DNA from: Tubiluchus corallicola
Taxonomy: Eukaryota > Animalia > Priapulida
DNA length: 64,000 nt
Assembly (NCBI GenBank): GCA_030141605.1
Contig: JAQGDQ010001075.1
Coordinates: forward strand, 1 to 64,000
Reading direction: 5' to 3'
The position numbers and the translations under genes were made by a program. This document shows positions 28,347-42,504 of this stretch, piece by piece. Positions within the stretch are counted from its first letter, which is position 1. Each line of letters begins with the position of its first letter. A model generated the notes under the pieces. It searched no databases, was not told the DNA's origin, and was given only the letters and a program-made list of their open reading frames with translations.

Positions 28347-29613
28347 CTGAAATGAAAAATAAACACTTAGTTAAAATACCCTTACCCACACTGCCAATTA
28401 TCATATGGTAAATTAGCAAGTCATCATCATAAACACTCTTAGGAGTGTTACGTTATCTACACCGCAAACCTTAAATTTAAGAAAATTATAGAAAATTAAC
28501 GAATGTAATTACCGGGTGTCTCGAAAGACCGTCATTAGCTTTAGATAATCATTAAAATAGCAATGCAAAAATAACCAAAATGACAATTTAATCGCGGAAT
28601 CTGCGATTCATGAGAATTTGGAGGCACCATACTTGGATTCATTAATTTTACACATCTGTTTGACAGTCAGCATTGTATTAAAAGAAAACGGCGCAAAACT
28701 TCAAATGTCGACTCAAGAAAATTCTGAAGTACTAACTAAGAGTTTGCCACAGTACACTATAGTTGGTTAATTAGTTCAAACGAAAACTGAAAGCCAATTT
28801 GGTGTGATACTTCCGAATACCCTATATTACCTCCCGGTCACATCATTTTATCAAAGCCACTGAGACACTTTGTTGTTGCACATTATTATTTTCATCTGCA
28901 GTTGTGTTGAAAACTTGTGTTTTGTTGCAGTTGTGTCGATATAGAAAATTCGACAATATAGGCAAGATCGAAAGGTTAAGGTCGAAAATCACGATTCTAG
29001 CAAAAAAAATAACCATAATTTTGTCTCTATTAGATGTCCTGACGTTGACGAGGTATTTTGGTTTCATGTACAAAAATACAGGAAACCAGCCACCAATTTT
29101 GCATATGAATCAAAAGCTTTACTGTATAAATGGATTCAAATTTTATTAGATAGCAACGTCAGCCTTAGTAGCAACAGTAGTAATAGCGCAGCAGTAGCAA
29201 AAGTGGCAATGAAGCACAATGCTAAGCGCCTGTAACGAGTAGCAAATATGACCACGTCAGTGACAGCAAAAATGACCATAACAATCTTCTATGAACGGTA
29301 ACAGCAACGTGAAAGAAATCATTGAGTTGGCTACTATAGTTAAGCCCAAGGTGACAACTAAGAGATGATTTCTGATTGTCTATGGTACCATACTGCTTTC
29401 AGCTGTTCAGGAACTGTGTACAAACGTCCAAACATGTCTAGTATACCACTGCTGTCTAGTTTTAAATGCTTTATCCTTAACGATCAGTGACGTTCCGGTC
29501 CTACCACAACCGTTTTACATTAGTAGTTGAGCTGTAGAGTCGTCGAGCTTGCAGTGTGCCGATCTGTATAAGAAATGGCAACAATCTGAGCTACAGAACA
29601 GCAGCGACAATCC

Positions 29614-29721
<108 letters not shown>

Positions 29722-32116
29722 CCTCAGTTCACACTCCCTCGTTAGTTATCTCCCTTCACATTTCGCTTTTCACAGAGTGTTTCACGCGGTTTTTATAAAG
29801 CTAATTCATATTTAGCTTCCTTTATATATGTAAGCTTACGAGGTAATGCTGCATCTACAATTAAGCACAGGTGTAGTAAGTTAATTTGTGTGAAACACAC
29901 AAATTTATTTTTGGTACTACTCACACGTATACCTTGTATACGTGTGAAGAATTATAGACACTAAAATTTTTTACAGAACTCAGTCGGGGTTTAAAAGATC
30001 TATCACATCTATACAGAGTCAGCCAGACTTAACTTCTTGAAACAGTCATTTGAACTGTCCTATAAATATTATAGCAAGTTTATTAACTTGCGTTTTTATC
30101 TGATTTTCAACGCCTCCAAGCATGTCTAGATTCAGTTTATGCTGCCATATTAAAAACGTGTTTGTATTTTTGAGGTTTGCTAGAGATAAGTAACATTATT
30201 ATAACAGTAAACTCTATTTTACGCCTCCAAAATAAAAAATCTACAACTTTCTTCTGTGCGAGTACAGATGCAGTCGTTAAAATGACAACGGCATACAAAA
30301 AAAACAAAAAGCCGCGACAGAACAAGAACGCAAAACAATTTTGTATCGCAATTGTTTCGCGCTTTGTCTTCGCGTATATCGCTGTCGATCTCTGATTGAC
30401 TGTCGCGCTGTTGTTGTTTCAAAAAATATGAAAAACTATTTGTTTCCAAGAACATGTATTTTGTAAAATCAAGTGCTGTTTTTCGCACAATTTTTCTATT
30501 ATTACACGAAACTTGTTTCCTCTTGCTGTCGTGGTTATTGCGTTTGAAGTAGCAGTAGTTATTGCTGCTGCTGTTGCCGTTGCCGTCGTCGTCGTCTTCG
30601 TCATCATCGTCGTCGACGTCATTTCTTTGTACACAGACTTCAACTACGTCTACTCTTTGTTATAGATAAGCATTTTGGCTGCTGTTTTATGCTTTTCACT
30701 TTTTGTGCAAAAAGTACAGTAGCAGACTTAACGGTTTTTGTTTCTTGTTTTATGTAGTATTGTGTCAGTAGTGGAGCGCGAGTCTTAAAATTAATTAATA
30801 TACATCTTAAAAGCCCGAGATCCTTGCCGCGCGGTATAGAAATTGTTATTTCTGTCTAACAAAAAGCAGATTTGATATTGCTGCCAAAATCTAACATTCA
30901 CGGGTCAAACTAAGAGGAGGAAATTGCATTATATAATAGAAGAATTTTTAATTTAAAAAGTTAGACAAACACCAAACTTACAGCTAAACGTTTGCTTTCT
31001 ATTGTTGTAAACCAAATCTACGCCCATTGCTGGTTACCCGAGGTTAAACGTCAAAAAGTTCAACTTCGGCTGCAGTTACGTACACGTAATTAACGGATTG
31101 TTCCTACTTTAGCTGTAAGCAGAAGTGTCTGAAGTTTCAGTACATGTATACTATCAGCATACGAACCTGTTTGCATTATAAAACGAGACATATAGCATGT
31201 TTATATGAATTTGTATCTCTAAAGTCAAATTTCCCGAACCTTGAGCGGCGGGTTTTGAAACCGATGTGGTTAAGAAACTTCACGTCCACAATAACGAAAG
31301 GTCAACAAAAATCTAACGGTTAAAGCATCTGTGAGCGTATAACTGATTCCAGTTTTAGACGAATGTGTGTCTGACAGTGTCTACGTGCCTTTCTATTCGT
31401 ATGCTTCCGATCTATTATAATAGAATAATACAACTTTTTCGAGCCGAAGTGTTACCACCAGGCATGTTCGTGTAGTAACCCACGTGCTCGGCTTAACTAA
31501 TGCGGACACATAATCGACTTTCTTGACGTCATATGATGGCAAATTGAAAAAAGTAGAAACAAGTTATAAATTTGTAGGCGACTGTGACTGTTTTCGAGTT
31601 TCCATGCAAACTTGCTCAAAATTATTTGTAACAAAATGCCGGAATACCTGCAGGAAAGAGCGCCATGACTATTAAACAGTTGTGAAAATCATAATTTTTA
31701 TCATTTTTTGCGTGGACGAATTCAATAGCGCACCCCGCATGTCTTTGCGCCACATGAGTTCACTATATCAGCATTAGGACTTTCTAAATCCATTCCTTGA
31801 GAAACAACCATTTTTGCGTTTTTAGACATTCTGCCTACATTTTTGCCGACTTAACAAATAATCCTGGCCAATTAATCAGAAAAAAGGATAGAAACTTGCT
31901 ACTACCTCGCACAGCGGTGATGACGTATGTGTAAACAAATGTAACAATAAAGTATGTCAAAATCTTCAGAGAAAAACGATGCCGAGATAAATAATCTAAA
32001 ATCACATTCTCAGTGCTCCGAGTGGCTAATTCCTTGATTTTAGCGAACATTCTTGAATAAACCAGAAGGATGCATTCAGCCGACTATCAAACTTTCATGC
32101 ACTTTATTAAATGTAA

Positions 32117-32360
32117 CAGCAATCCTGAAAAACTAGGGTCAAATATGGCAGCAATCCGGAAAGACTAGGGTCTGTCGGTTTGAACTCCGCTTTGCAACAA
32201 TAACTGCCCTCGTCTGCTCTCATCACGGAAATGATAACAACAAAACTAGCGCGAGGCCATTCCGCACAGGGTCGTTAGTCGGTGCCTCTATAACAATTCA
32301 CTTAGAAAAATGCGTAATCAATCGGAAAACATTTTCTTTGTGTGACCCTTAGTCTTGCGG
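32117..32360. repeat. Short element with a duplicated 24-bp left end and an inverted right end
   Basis: CAGCAATCCTGAAAAACTAGGGTC and CAGCAATCCGGAAAGACTAGGGTC in tandem; inverted copy GACCCTTAGTCTTGCGG at 32344-32360. Confidence 0.5.
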
Positions 32361-35300
32361 TCATTATATAAACACTGCAAGTCAACCAAGTAACATGAAA
32401 CTAAAAATAGAATGTATGCGTGATAAGAAAAATTGGACAAAAAAGCAGCCTTTTGTCCTGATAGGTACCTGACATTAGAAAAGTAAAACCAGTTCAGTTA
32501 CCTCGTTTGTACAATTTTCCTTGGGCAGTTTAAATGTTACTGCTTGAACGCTGCTGCCACTGAACTGGAACTGTTAAAACTAAAATACTTTTTTTCTGCT
32601 TCGTTAGTAAACGATAACAAATCAGATAGTTCTTATCATTGATATACTGACATACGAGATTAAAACGATCATAAAGACGTGATACAAATGTTAATAATAA
32701 TGATGAAAAAACGTTAGAGAAAACGCGGTAATAGCGACATGGTAAAGACGGAGGTTATAACAATGATGATGAAATATGAAAATGATTAAAGGTAATGACG
32801 ACGAAGATGATGATAATAAAGACCACGACGAATGTTGATGATGACAATCTCAATGATGCCGAAGCTAATAATGGTCAATAGATCTATATCATAAATAATG
32901 AACTGGTGATGAACATGGTGACAAATGTACATTGATAATAAAACCTTTTTCAGTTGCAGTCAACTTCAGAGCCAGATTAAAAAATAGATAAAATCTTTAT
33001 TTGCCAATCAGAATCTTACTTAATCTTACTTTACCAATTAAAATAAGAATACTGGTTACTACTAAGTTTCTCACAATTTTTTCCTAAGACGCAGTTGCAT
33101 AAACCTAGTATGCGGTTCATTTTAAGCCACTTCTAGCGCTTCGTTAATGCGCATAAAAGTTGATAAACGATAATACAATTATTATCGGTTGTTTCCCGAG
33201 TATCATCCTGTATTAACTAATGAAGCACGCGAAGTGCAGAAAACTATGCAGCAGTTTTGAAAAAGTTATCAAATTTTTAGTGTTTTTAATTACAAAGTAA
33301 TCTACGACTTAAGTATTCCACACATTCTTTCTATTCATTTTATTTTTATTAATATTTTACTACACATAAACTAACTAACTATTTAAAGTAGTTTAGCATG
33401 CCGGCTCTGCATTAAAAGCGATAAAAAAGGTTATTCTGGGTTAATAATGACGTGCTGGAATTCCCTTACCAGGGCTTGGTGTATCAGCCGTGAATTCCGG
33501 CGCAGTAAACGTATTTACTACAATAAACAAATTCGACACTAATATTTACTGAATAGGTTGAAAATGACATGCGTTTGGTCACGTTGCACAGGGTTTGTAA
33601 ACTGAAAGGGCGTTTCTCTGTAATGTAGTATTTCGAAATAAAATAAACCGCTTATTACAACTTTAACAACACTGCGCCATTCACCGAAAGCTCCGCTAAA
33701 AAATTCCACTAAAGATTAAAGCGCGGTTTCACTAGATCTCCACCAAATTAAGTTAAATGCCTCTTAATAATAGCCAGATGGTGATTACTTTTAGCAACTT
33801 CAAAAACATTTTTATAAACTTTCTGGGGTTGATCAATTTAATTCAAGTCGAGACGGCTAGGCCCACACAAAGCTGTACTACTCAATGCAGTTTTTGGTGA
33901 CCTCTCCTTCAATTATTATACTTGGATTAATTGCAAACTGTGTACGTGCGAGCTCTCACATTCCTCATTTACTAAACTTGCTCTACTTTGCTTAGTGCTC
34001 CCAGCTAAAAACTAGCGCATTCTAGAAACCCAGACAGAGACGGTAGAAATTCCGAACTGCAGAAGAGTTCAAACTTTTTGTAGAAGAATTACTGGTAAAC
34101 GAAACAAGTGTCACCGAGATAAGAGACACTAGTATTATTAAACACATCTGTATGCCACTAATTCTACACTTCAGTTTAAGTTGTTGTTAATATATTACTG
34201 GTAATGCTACTTACAACATTTCGACAATAATAAGTTTAAAAGTTAGACATGTTCATCTGTAAACATACATAAAATGATGAGTTTGTACATCAGTACCAAA
34301 AATTTGTTTTTCGTTTAATCAGAATGAAGCAAACGAATTCCCTTTTCGATACGCTGGGCCAAAACACAAGCCAGATTGAGCTAAAACACACACCAAATTC
34401 ATTTTTAAAGTAGCAGTATGGCAAACCCTATTAGAGTGGCGTACTAAGCTGCAGAAATATTTCTTGACTACGTAATAATCAATAATCGATAATTATTAAT
34501 TTGTTAAAAATATAAGTAACATGCAGCAAGATCATAAAACTTGCATGTACCTCTTACATAACATATCCGGAAGGCAAACAAGCGAGGTAGTTGCAGACTC
34601 ACAAACATTTGCTAAACAGGTACTATATGTATCTAAACAAATATTTTGGCGGAATTTCGTCATTGTTCTACTTTGGCCCATGTAGAAGTCAGAAGTCACA
34701 TACAGGTAAACGAAAAAGTAACACATCAAGTTAAAAACCTAGGACTAGCTCAGCATATCGCCGTTAAAAATATGTGGCAATTATTAGTTGAAAGTAATCT
34801 TGACATTTACTTGCCCTACAGTAAATCTCAAGATACAAAGATTTTACAACAAAGGCAATCGTTTAGCTAATAAAACGAAAAACAGCTCAAAAAAGAAAGG
34901 TTTTACTAAGCACCGATCGTTTTTGTGTAACCATTATGTTCATATACTAGTGTATGAGGGAACTATTTTTCGAGGAGGGAGCTAATAGGCTAAGAGAGAA
35001 ACACAATTTACGTACTTAAAAACGTCTTTTTGAACCGGCGATTAACGCCTTAACGCATTTCGATTTTCCAGGCTATTGTCAGGTGATTACGCGTCATTGC
35101 GTGGGGTGGGAAGAAGAGGATGTGTGTGGAATGATGAATTTGATTATTCCTGCACGTACCGGGAAGTCTGTTGCAATTGCGTTTACATAGTGCCGGCTGC
35201 CTTACGCCCGTAAGATGGGATTACAAACTTACGCGCAAGCGGGGGTGTGATAACATTTACACACTGCATTCCAATAAGCTTCCCATTGCTAGCTTATGCA

Positions 35301-35755
35301 CTAGTAAAAGCGCGTGTGCGTTGCAGTCGGCACGGAGGCAAGATTCTTTTTATCAGTGTGACACAACACTGAGCAGCATCCACAACGCGTCTTTGCTTCC
35401 TCTAATGCGAAAACTGACGTTGTTTAATCAGTGCCGACCTTAGAGGTGTGCGAACAATGCCCATAACACAGGGTTAGCACAGGGCCCATAACATTAGGGT
35501 CCCGAATATTCAGGAGAAATTTACGGTTGAAGACCTAACGATAATTTTGTTTAACTTTCACTTGATGATTTTGGCCACTTTGTTTTTCTTAACGAAACAA
35601 TGTGTGTTACTTATACACCTGCATTGGATGGTTTATATAGCTGCTTAAGTTTAAGGTTTTTATCATACTACAATTGCCAAAGATTACTGACGACGATGAG
35701 ACAGGCGGCGTCAGTTATCAAAATGAGAAATAAATAAACGGTTACGCCTACTCAC

Positions 35756-35859
35756 TTGAGAATACAAGTACCCATCTTCATTAACTGCAAGAAATCTGCC
35801 TGACATTAGACCTTGTACTCTTACAATACCAAGATTGACTGAGGTTATCTCCATTAAGG
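35756..35859 (-). CDS. FGF gene coding exon 3 (ALMEITSVNLGIVRVQGLMSGRFLAVNEDGYLYSQ)
   Basis: Acceptor ttttgtttcag and donor gtgagt. Exactly 104 nt with phase 1 start and phase 0 end, the canonical FGF middle exon. Motif G-x-V-x-V-x-G-xx-SGxFLAVNxxGxLY. Confidence 0.95.
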
Positions 35860-36029
35860 CTGAAACAAAAAGCTGTATTTTCAGTGCTAGCAAAAATGAT
35901 CAAATAGCTTTCTAGAAGACGTTTAGTCTAATTATAAACAATGCAGAATAAAAGGACACAACGTTTCAGTTCACAACTGTAAACGGACTGCAAAAAGCAC
36001 ATAATTACTAATACTAATAATAATGATGA

Positions 36030-36800
36030 TTGGTTTAACCCGAAGATATTCTGGAAAAAGATTTTTGGGGCAAAAGAATTCTTAACTGATTGGTACCTTG
36101 CGCAGAATTAAAAAATATAAATTGAAACAAGTGTGAAACAAGTGAAACAAATATTAAGTAACAATAAGCTAAATTTATAAAATTTTATTCTTTTCAATAC
36201 TCCTTGCCACGAGATCGTAAATTCTCCTCTCTGCTCAAATACAAATAAGGATTTTTTGCACCAAATTTAAAAGAATTGTACGCATACAAAGTCTCCTGCA
36301 ATTCAAGTGATAAATTCGATTTTCGAGAAACTTCTCGTAACTTAGAAACTCGTCCTAAAGAACATATTCATAACATGTTAAATTAAACTTAGCACTGCCG
36401 ATAAAGAACTGATCATTCTTTTAGCTTCAGCAGTAGGAAAATCATTTTCTTTTTTAAAAATATAACCAACAACACATTGTTGAACCCTTGAATCCCTTTA
36501 ATTAAAAATGCCTGATTAATCTATTTGAAGGAATGAGTTTTCCTTTATAATATTTTGCCGTGACGTTACCGTCTCACTTGGTTGCCCAAACTTCATCGTA
36601 TCTTAGAGTCTTCGTTTAACTCTCTGTTTTAACGAGTCTTACCCTTAACAACTTTTAACCCAACGAAAGTTACAATTCTGAACACTATTCTCACCTTTAT
36701 ACCACAATTTTTTTCGTAAATCTGTTTGTTGTGATAACATGCGACAAAAATATTCATTTCTCTCAATGCCTTATCCTGTTTTGCGTACCACCACTACTTG
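36030..36800 (-). mobile_element. Probable heavily decayed LINE 3' fragment within FGF intron 2
   Basis: The minus strand has disrupted remnants resembling the W..VK..L...W and F...CP.Y..LR motifs of non-LTR ORF2 C-termini. Recognition is weak. Confidence 0.3.
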
Positions 36801-37286
36801 CAGAAATTTCTCCACCTGTGTAATTATACCTTTCTGCCAGAAGTTGTATCAGTTGTCATATACTGCTTTATGTGGCATTTAGTAGCGCTTTTTCAGCGTC
36901 TTTATTTGCTTCTGTTTTTTCTTTCGTTTACAAATTGTGGATTCTGTGCTTTACTAGTGATTGTGTTATCATTAAACAAATCAATGATCTTTTGTGCTTT
37001 TTTGTTTTTTCTCTTTAGTCAGAATATAATTCATAGTAGTGTCCTTTCATTTTTATGCCATTTTTGTTATTCGCATTATGAATAAATTCCGAGCAACTTT
37101 TAGTCTATTGTCATTAAGAATGAGAACTAACTTATGTATGACTGATTTAAGTACTTTTTAAAAATATGGAGTACTTTGTTATGAATTTTAATAAAGCTTG
37201 CTGTACTGTTCTAACGAATATAGAAAGGTTTCTATAAGGACAACCAAGCGAAAGCCATAAATGTCGTTCCTGCTGGGTCATGTTAA

Positions 37287-37365
37287 GCCTGTAGTTCAAA
37301 TTGCAGAGCATAGGAGTTCTAACCCCAAGGTCCCAGGTTCAAGTTAGACTGAGTTACACTTTTTT
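37287..37365 (+). pseudogene. Degenerate tRNA-like sequence (Arg-TCT-like loop), probably a tRNA-SINE head or tRNA pseudogene, inside FGF intron 2 (antisense)
   Basis: A-box-like TAGTTCAAATTGCAGAGCA, anticodon-arm-like GGAGTTCTAACCCC and B-box GGTTCAAGT, followed by a T run. The acceptor stem is not intact. Confidence 0.5.
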
Positions 37366-37644
37366 CAGAACCGCCTTTCGACTCAGTAGCCGCTACGTTA
37401 GTGGTTGTATGAAAATTAATCGCGATGCTTTATTAATTTCTGGCGTTCAAGATCATAATCAAATTAATGATGATGTTATTTGCAGCTGATCTATTAGTGT
37501 CATTTAATCTTCATTTTGATGTGCGTCATTCTGGTGTAAAGGATTGTTGATCATTAATCCTTAATAAATATTACTGATTATTACACATTAGTAGAATACA
37601 TTAGCAGTAATAATTACTAGTGGTTTAAATAATTATGATCTTAC

Positions 37645-37772
37645 CGTTTGGATTTTCAATTAAATGTGTCCCGTGCACAGTCCCGTCTTTCTCAATAACA
37701 ATGTTAAACCCTGTCCTACTGTGCAACTGTAACACTCTTTCACTGCCGAAAGACCAGGGTAGAGACCTGCCT
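37645..37772 (-). CDS. FGF gene coding exon 2 (GRSLPWSFGSERVLQLHSRTGFNIVIEKDGTVHGTHLIENPN)
   Basis: Acceptor tcttcttacag and donor gtaaga; 128 nt. QLHSRTGFNIVIEKDGTVHGT matches FGF beta1-beta3 (compare FGF9 [21 protein letters not shown]). Ends in phase 1, as the conserved FGF intron does. Confidence 0.92.
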
Positions 37773-38108
37773 CTGTAAGAAGATCGTTAAAGTAAATTAG
37801 TTTCAACGAAGCAACTTTTAAAGCGGCTGCACTCATGAGGCTATGAAGTTCCGGGCACCGCTTGTGTAAATGAAGTTTTCAGTTGAGGTAGGTGCAATTT
37901 CACAGACCTAAGTATATGGGGTCGGTAAATTAATATGTAGCACCCTTTTAAAATTGAACTGCAAATTAACAAATCTGTCATTGGTACCGTAACAATTAAA
38001 TGCTAATTTGAAGTAAAACTGTGGACCACAAAATAAAAAGTATCAGAATAAAAAAAACAAAAATGAAAATGTGAACATTAGCGTTAACAACACGAAACTA
38101 ATACTTGC

Positions 38109-38161
38109 TTTGTGAAAATACTCTGGTAGATTAGAACTATCAGGAGAAGAAGTGCGTCCAT
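38109..38161 (-). CDS. FGF gene coding exon 1 (signal peptide MDALLLLIVLIYQSIFT+aa)
   Basis: ATG at 38161 starts a hydrophobic signal-like peptide. The exon ends in phase 2 at a GCAAGT donor (38108-38103), matching the phase the next exon needs and giving ...FTKGRS/LPW. Confidence 0.65.
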
Positions 38162-40085
38162 GCTCCGAGCAACAGATTCAGATTACGAAACATTCTGCTT
38201 AGACTAAGAGCGTCCAAGAAACCCATTACGTCAGCAAGTAAAGCGCAGGCTTATTTCAGCCTGAAGACAGTCGCTGAATATTATTATATTCCGGATTCTG
38301 GCTGAATATCTGAATAGTTCTTCAATGTTCCCGTGAATCGTGAACCAGTTTTTTTTCACTACGTCGTTTCCGGGACGCCGGTGTGTCTTTTACGGAAGAA
38401 CTCGAATTCCGCGCACTTTGATTATTCGATGTTGAGCCACTCTTGACCGCTTTATGTTTGCCAAGTACGTTCTATCGCTTTACTTTTAAACCTCTAAAGA
38501 CTTAACTCTCTACTGGCAGGCATCAGAAATGTGACCCCCTGTCGAGTAATATTATACCTTTTCGAGTGCGTTGATACTGAATCTTGCTGTGTATGATTAA
38601 AAATAGCCAGCTAATACACTGCCTAGAAATTATGCAAGGATGTTGTAAGATCATGTTTCTATCACTGGCGTGATATATTTGAATTAATCTAAGTAAAACC
38701 TCAAATGCATGGTGCATTATCCTTGCGTTTTCGTAACACAAATAAATTTGAAAAGAGCAAATATTTTTTATTTTGTCTGTCCTCATTTCAAGCATTTTGA
38801 TCTTTAACAAATAGAAACGCAACAGTTTAACCTTAAAAATAACTAACTGTGATTGTACATCCAAACGAAAAAATGCAGTAGAAAAAATAAAAGAAAGAAA
38901 AAATCTCTGGACTAGATAAAATGTCTACAAATAGTCCTTGGCGTTCTTCACTGCATAAACTCAGTAGTAAGTTAAATTATCAATACAAATGACGTTTCTC
39001 TGCGTGTGATCTATTTTCTACTGCATCAAGGTACCAAGCAACGCGTGCTTTTTATAAGTGAGTGTCATTGACACTAATAACCACTACCGCTAAGGTGAAC
39101 TTTATCTCGCAGGTACAACTTTCTCACCTGTCGCTGTCTGCTTCAAAATAATTTCCGCTGTTTATCAGAGATTTAGTCAATATTGAAAGTTTGTTACTTG
39201 CCGACAATTTCACCTTAGGTGTGACACTTTCAGACCGTCATATGGCCTAATTATGCTTGTAAATATCAGAAATTGGTTGGTGATTAAAATTTCTCAACGT
39301 ACAGGCATTCCTCGCCTACATATATGCCCCAACGCCGGAAACACTGTTCATACATGGATTGTACGCTAAATAAGGACCATGTTGCCCCTAAGAGAATTCC
39401 TTTTCGTACCGCTTTGAGCATACTAATAAGACAAGGAAAGTTTAAAATTTCTTTGACCTCTGGCCTGGCTAATAGCAGCTCGCTGCGTATCTATAGTGAA
39501 CAGCAAAGAGCCGCAGCATCTTCTATGTCGATATGAACTGGCTGGCAGCGAAAAGAGAACATTTTCGCTTATACAAGTGACAATAGAAATCTGCTTGACA
39601 TAATATGCCTCAATAGACAGTTGAAAATATGGCATGACGCCCCCACCCCAAAAAAATCCTACAAAAATCCTACAACGACATTCATAGTATCAGATGTGCT
39701 TAATGACAAATCCAAATTTTACCATTTTCTGCTTACTGGAAATGCCTAATTTTCAAGATAGCGGTAAAGTTGACCATTAGATAATGAAAATGCTTATTGC
39801 TCTTTCATTGTTCGCTCTAGGAAAGTAGTTATTGCCCATGTTTTATGGATCGAGAAATCCATTTCGCATATTTAAATTACAATGAAGTGATTACAAAGTG
39901 GTAAAATTCAAGATGGTAGACCAATATACAAAAATGTGCTTTGTCCTTTCAATATTCATCATAGACAAGCAATTTTTGTGTCCAATCACATGTTGTGGGA
40001 TATCGACCAATCAATTTGCACATTTAAAAACAACGAAGTGATTACAAAATTGCAAATTTCAAGATGGCTAACCAGTACGCTCGTA

Positions 40086-40241
<156 letters not shown>

Positions 40242-40427
40242 AATTTCAGTCCTGAATCCATGTTTTGGCGTTACTTGAACTGTATCCTGTACAACTGCTC
40301 CAGGATAGGCAACTGCAATGGACCATCTGCATGAGGCTTTCTGGAGCAGTAGTTTTCTAGGTCATTACTGACACCTACCACTCTCGAGACCCCTAGAGAG
40401 TGAGACATTCTGGGTTAACAAATGACA

Positions 40428-40552
40428 ATACACCTAGTATCCAAATATTCTATGCGACCAATTACCCGTGTCCAACTAGCCTGTGTGACCAAATTCCCTA
40501 TGTGTCGAGATAGCCTTGTGTCCAAATCACCTTGTGTTCAATTGACCTATAA
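40428..40552 (+). repeat. Degenerate ~17-bp minisatellite (TGTGTCCAAATTACCC-like)
   Basis: About seven imperfect units, for example tgcgaccaattacc, tgtccaactagcc, tgtgaccaaattccc, tgtgtccaaatcacc and tgtgttcaattgacc. Confidence 0.6.
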
Positions 40553-42504
40553 CATCCTTGACCTTCTGACATCCATAAAATAATAATATAGTAAATAAAA
40601 TAAATCAAAACATTAAATTATTGTTGATCAATAAAAATAGTCATAATTAAGGGCGCGCAAGAGACGCACATAGATATATGGATAAATGAGCTAAATATTT
40701 AAAGATGCACAACATTACGAGAAGATACACAACATTACGAATTATACAAAACTCAACATTACAACGTCATAACATTGCAGCATTTTGCGTGCCATTTACA
40801 ATTCAATCAGCCAACTCAACAATTTTATTCGCAATCAAATGAATAAAAAAATGTCGAAATTGTGCTATTGACATTTTTATTTACTCACATGAGGCGAAGG
40901 CAGTGGTCGAAGTTAAGGTGGCGCCGAGATGGATCAGAGGGTGGAAGCTTTCGTTTTCCGTGTTGATTCTGACTGTTTACTTCGCCAAGGAAGGATGTAT
41001 ACACATCCGAATTTGATTACAATACCTTTATCGGTTCAGTGGCTTGTAAGGAGGCTTGATAAAGAGTGAGGGCATGTCTTACCACGACTATCCAGTTAAG
41101 TAGCCGCCGTTAAACGCTAGTTTCCGGTTTGTAGAATTCCGAATTGTATGAAAAAATTTACTCATCCCTTTACCTTGATTAAATTTGAATAAACCACTAG
41201 GCAACTGGTCTTTACTGATACCAACTCTTCCGGTACATTACATTAGTGCGATACGTTACCAGTAATTCTGCTTCTCATACAATAAAGCGTTATGAGAGTC
41301 CTTGTTAAATAGTTACAAATGTACTAATTCTTGACACTAATGTTAATTAATATCACGACTGCTTGTTGTTTATTCTGTAAAGTTGTTACTTAGACGGAAC
41401 TTGGTCTGAGTGGAACAGTTTACATACATGGTGACCGACGGAGTGATCCCAGCCGAGGCTGGTGAGTCAAGTGCCAGTGAATTAAGTCCGCCGATTCTAG
41501 ATTCTTGCTAGTGCGATAAATGCAAGGCCGGAACGTTTTAGCGTAGGCTTATGATGCGTAAGTTAATTTGAAATGCATGAATTAACTCATTCCACTTGCA
41601 TACCTACATCTTAAATTATTATGACGGTATTGCAAATAATAACTGGTTAATAAATTTTGGATGAATCATGTAGTATCATCAATCTACATTACTATAGGCG
41701 CATTAATCGTCTTGCAGAGTTTTCACATTGCATTTAAACTGCATTTGCATTGCATTTACATTGCATAGCTTGCCAATACATTTACCTAAATCTTTAAAAA
41801 ATGTCGCTAACAAGGCATCAACACGCCATGTCGCTTGTGCACTTATTCTGACACTATAACACTTTTCGAGGTTTGAATTCGATTACCGGTTGATTCTAGA
41901 AAAAGGTGACTTGTATATTAGATACTTTTTTACTTGATTTAAAGTTCTGACTCACCGTAGCGCTTGCTGAAATCAATTGCATTGTTTCGCGATGTCAATA
42001 ATTTTGCAACAAAACTGTGGGGCTGTTTTATTTTTGTTTTTGGAACAAAATTCTTGAATGACCGCAAAAGCTTTGCTGTTCACACTCCACTCAAACTAGC
42101 CCAGAAAATGTATGACCGCCGACGCTTCTTTAATGTCAAAATAATTTAACTAGGTAGCATTTAAGATGGCATAGATGTATTACCAGCCGATACATGGTCT
42201 ATCGGAAAAATGGCGTTTTAAGGTTATTTAAGGTCAAGGTCATTCAAACGCCTATTTATCCACGGTATAGTAAAAAAACTCAACTAGGAAGCATTTTAGA
42301 CTGGATAAATGTACTACCAGCTGATATAAACCTGCGTATGGCCTATCAGAAAAATAATGTTTCTATGTCATTCTAGGTCAAAGTAATTCAGAGTGGCTAC
42401 AGACGCAGCATTAAAATCACAACAACTCATTTAAGAAGCATTGTAGATTGCACAAATGTATTAACAGCGGATCTAAAAGTACATATGCTTGCTTACACTA
42501 CCGA

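Noticed and set aside
40428-40552. CRISPR-like periodicity
   Set aside because: Eukaryotic context, contiguous degenerate ~17-bp units with no unique spacers, and no cas genes.
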